Shown here: positions 62,081 through 64,000 of the stretch, one piece after another | How positions within the stretch are numbered: the stretch's first letter is position 1 | Layout: each line of letters starts with the position of its first letter | NCBI GenBank assembly: GCA_027923505.1 | Contig: BROI01000013.1 | Location: 248,001 to 312,000 of the forward strand | Direction: 5' to 3' | Length of the DNA: 64,000 nucleotides | Source: Mayamaea pseudoterrestris | Taxonomy: Eukaryota | Notes under the pieces: model-generated | Databases searched by the model: none | Told to the model about the DNA's origin: nothing | Seen by the model: only the letters and a program-made list of their open reading frames with translations | Program-made: the position numbers and the translations under genes

Positions 62081-62494
62081 ATCTGCTTGTCATTTCACAT
62101 CCTATATCGTGAGTTTTTGCTTCGTAGCCCAAGGCTGGACTTGGTCCATGACACCGACGTACTGTAGAAGAATATTAGTTTGCATATCAGGAGTTTCATA
62201 GTTCTGTAATCCCGCTTCTTCAGAGGCAATTTACAATCGAGGTGTATGTTACTGGCCCCAGTTGATTAACTAGAGCATGCCTTATTGAAACGTCACTGAC
62301 AGTCGCACCGAAACACAACGCACGAATTGGATGACCATTCTCACTCTCTGGCCTACAGTCCTTTTGGCAAGAAAGGAAAGATCGATGACCGCGCGCGACT
62401 CTTGTGAAGCAACTTCACCATCACTTTCAACTTGCCAGTAAGCTTCGACAAGCAGTGTCTTCGTCGGCATCATAGCAAGAAAAACGATCATACC

Positions 62495-64000
62495 ATGGCG
62501 TCTGGATCAAACTTTAGTGCGAACGAATTATTCGATCTAAAACATCTGTTAAAATGCGTGAGTTTTATGCGCGACCTTTCGCCCAAGCAGTTGGAGGAAC
62601 TCGTCGCCAGCGTCGAATGCGTCGACTATGCCTCGGGCGACAGAATTATAGAGATTGGCAAGGATACAGTACCGGCGCTTTACATGGTTCGTAACGGTTA
62701 CGTCTGGCTGAGACGTGAAGGCGAAGATCCTGTCAAGCTATTGAATGGTTGTCACTTTGGAGAAGACTTGTTGGATGCCGCGCAAGGTTTGGATGACTCG
62801 GTTATGCTTCCTGGTCCATACAATATCACTGCCGAAAACAATATACCTTCCATGCCTGTACAATTTGCTCGATTGACGCTCATGGCCTGTCGAAAAGTAT
62901 TCAATATTGATAAGGTCGACAAGAGCGATAGCATGTACATTCGGCGCAAGAATAAAAATCGAAACCCTTTCGAAGAATCCTCGAGTAGAACGACCACCAG
63001 CAGCTCCCGGAAAACATCGACCTTGAGATCCTCGGCTGTGGAAGATGATGACGATGATGAAGACGAGCGCAAGGCAAAGCTCAAGAAGGAAAAGAAGAAG
63101 AAAAAGGATCATGACTCTTCCAAAAAGAGTAAGAAGCGAGAGTCGAGTAAATTAAAGGTGCCAGAAAGCGAAGAGTCGGTAACGTCGACCGAGCATCTAT
63201 CTATACGTCAGGAAGCAGCGCCTCCTGTAAAAGCTGAGAGTCATCCGGAGAACCATCAGTTCATATTAAACGACCTGGCAGGCGAGTCGGACCCAGAGCC
63301 AGTATTTGAAGCCGAACCTGAGCCGGAGGAGCCCCCAGCTCCTCGGCAAAGTTTTGCCGATATCCGCAAAAAACTCCAAGAACGCTCAAAGGACCAGCCC
63401 AGTCCGTTGGTATTCAACAAGTCGCCAGCTAGGTCGTCACGTGTGCTTAAATCGCCCGAACCGGCAAAGGAAATAACCGTGGACTTCTCTTCGTTTCATT
63501 TAAATGCTCCCGATGTGGTGGAGACACCAAAAGAGTCAAGACGAGGTGTATCGCGCACTTCGTCTAGCGAGAAGAAGCATCGCAGCTCGGGTGAACGGCG
63601 AACGAGCGCCCACGACAAGAAGGATCGAGGCGATCGGAAACAGCGGGAAGATGAATCCAAAGGAAAGCGCGAAAAGAAGCATCGCGACGAGGACTCTAAA
63701 GAAAAGAGCGAGAGAAGGCCTAAGGACGAAAGTTCAAGAGATAAGGAGAGGAAGCACCGCGACGATGACCCGAAGACGCCCAGGAAAAAGCCTGTCGACA
63801 AGCATTTGCACAAGGCAAGGCAGGGCTTTGACGATAGAAGCAAAAAGACTCGAAAGGAAGCAAAGCTTGAACCTCGAGAGGAGAAGCCATCGCGTCCGCC
63901 TCCAAATGTCTTTCAAAAGCCACTTCCTCTCCAGCTCGAGTATCAGGCACCACAATTTCCGAAAACGCAGGACGATGAAAAAACCATTACGCGAGCTCTG
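62495..64000 (+). CDS. 5' part of a tandem paralogue of the cNMP-dependent kinase; runs off the window and is not in the ORF track
   Basis: MASGSNFSANELFDLKHLLKCVSF...PALYMVRNG...REGEDP..HFGE matches the neighbour's N-terminal domain. It ends in frame with RPPPNVFQK...YQAPQFPK, matching RPPANVFQK...YKAPVFEK. Confidence 0.85.
   Translation, partial: MASGSNFSANELFDLKHLLKCVSFMRDLSPKQLEELVASVECVDYASGDRIIEIGKDTVPALYMVRNGYVWLRREGEDPVKLLNGCHFGEDLLDAAQGLDDSVMLPGPYNITAENNIPSMPVQFARLTLMACRKVFNIDKVDKSDSMYIRRKNKNRNPFEESSSRTTTSSSRKTSTLRSSAVEDDDDDEDERKAKLKKEKKKKKDHDSSKKSKKRESSKLKVPESEESVTSTEHLSIRQEAAPPVKAESHPENHQFILNDLAGESDPEPVFEAEPEPEEPPAPRQSFADIRKKLQERSKDQPSPLVFNKSPARSSRVLKSPEPAKEITVDFSSFHLNAPDVVETPKESRRGVSRTSSSEKKHRSSGERRTSAHDKKDRGDRKQREDESKGKREKKHRDEDSKEKSERRPKDESSRDKERKHRDDDPKTPRKKPVDKHLHKARQGFDDRSKKTRKEAKLEPREEKPSRPPPNVFQKPLPLQLEYQAPQFPKTQDDEKTITRAL

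Overview
Eukaryotic nuclear DNA, almost certainly from a pennate diatom: short GT-AG introns, a frustulin, CoDi-like Ty1/copia remnants and diatom-style cNMP kinases. The window has three zones. (1) 1-9.3 kb holds decayed copia remnants, an intact gene in which a Mut7-C/PIN-zinc-ribbon domain is inserted inside a CCR4/Angel-like EEP nuclease, and a frameshifted degenerate ABC transporter. (2) About 9.34-36.95 kb is a gene-free, CpG-poor block of roughly 27.6 kb built from four tandem-repeat families with periods 169, 371 (itself a dimer of ~185), 354 and 173 bp. They are arranged in nested layers, and the main monomers are dense in short palindromes. This is a candidate satellite-type centromere or heterochromatin domain; some stretches are visibly low-quality consensus. 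(3) 37-64 kb is ordinary gene-dense sequence: bestrophin, frustulin, two tandem PiT phosphate transporters with repeated DAGATTCR promoter motifs, ferroportin with an upstream 50-bp minisatellite, an HA-domain protein, CDP-DAG synthase, homoserine dehydrogenase, a fucosyltransferase-like protein and two tandem cNMP-dependent kinases. All calls were made by eye from motifs; no searches were run.
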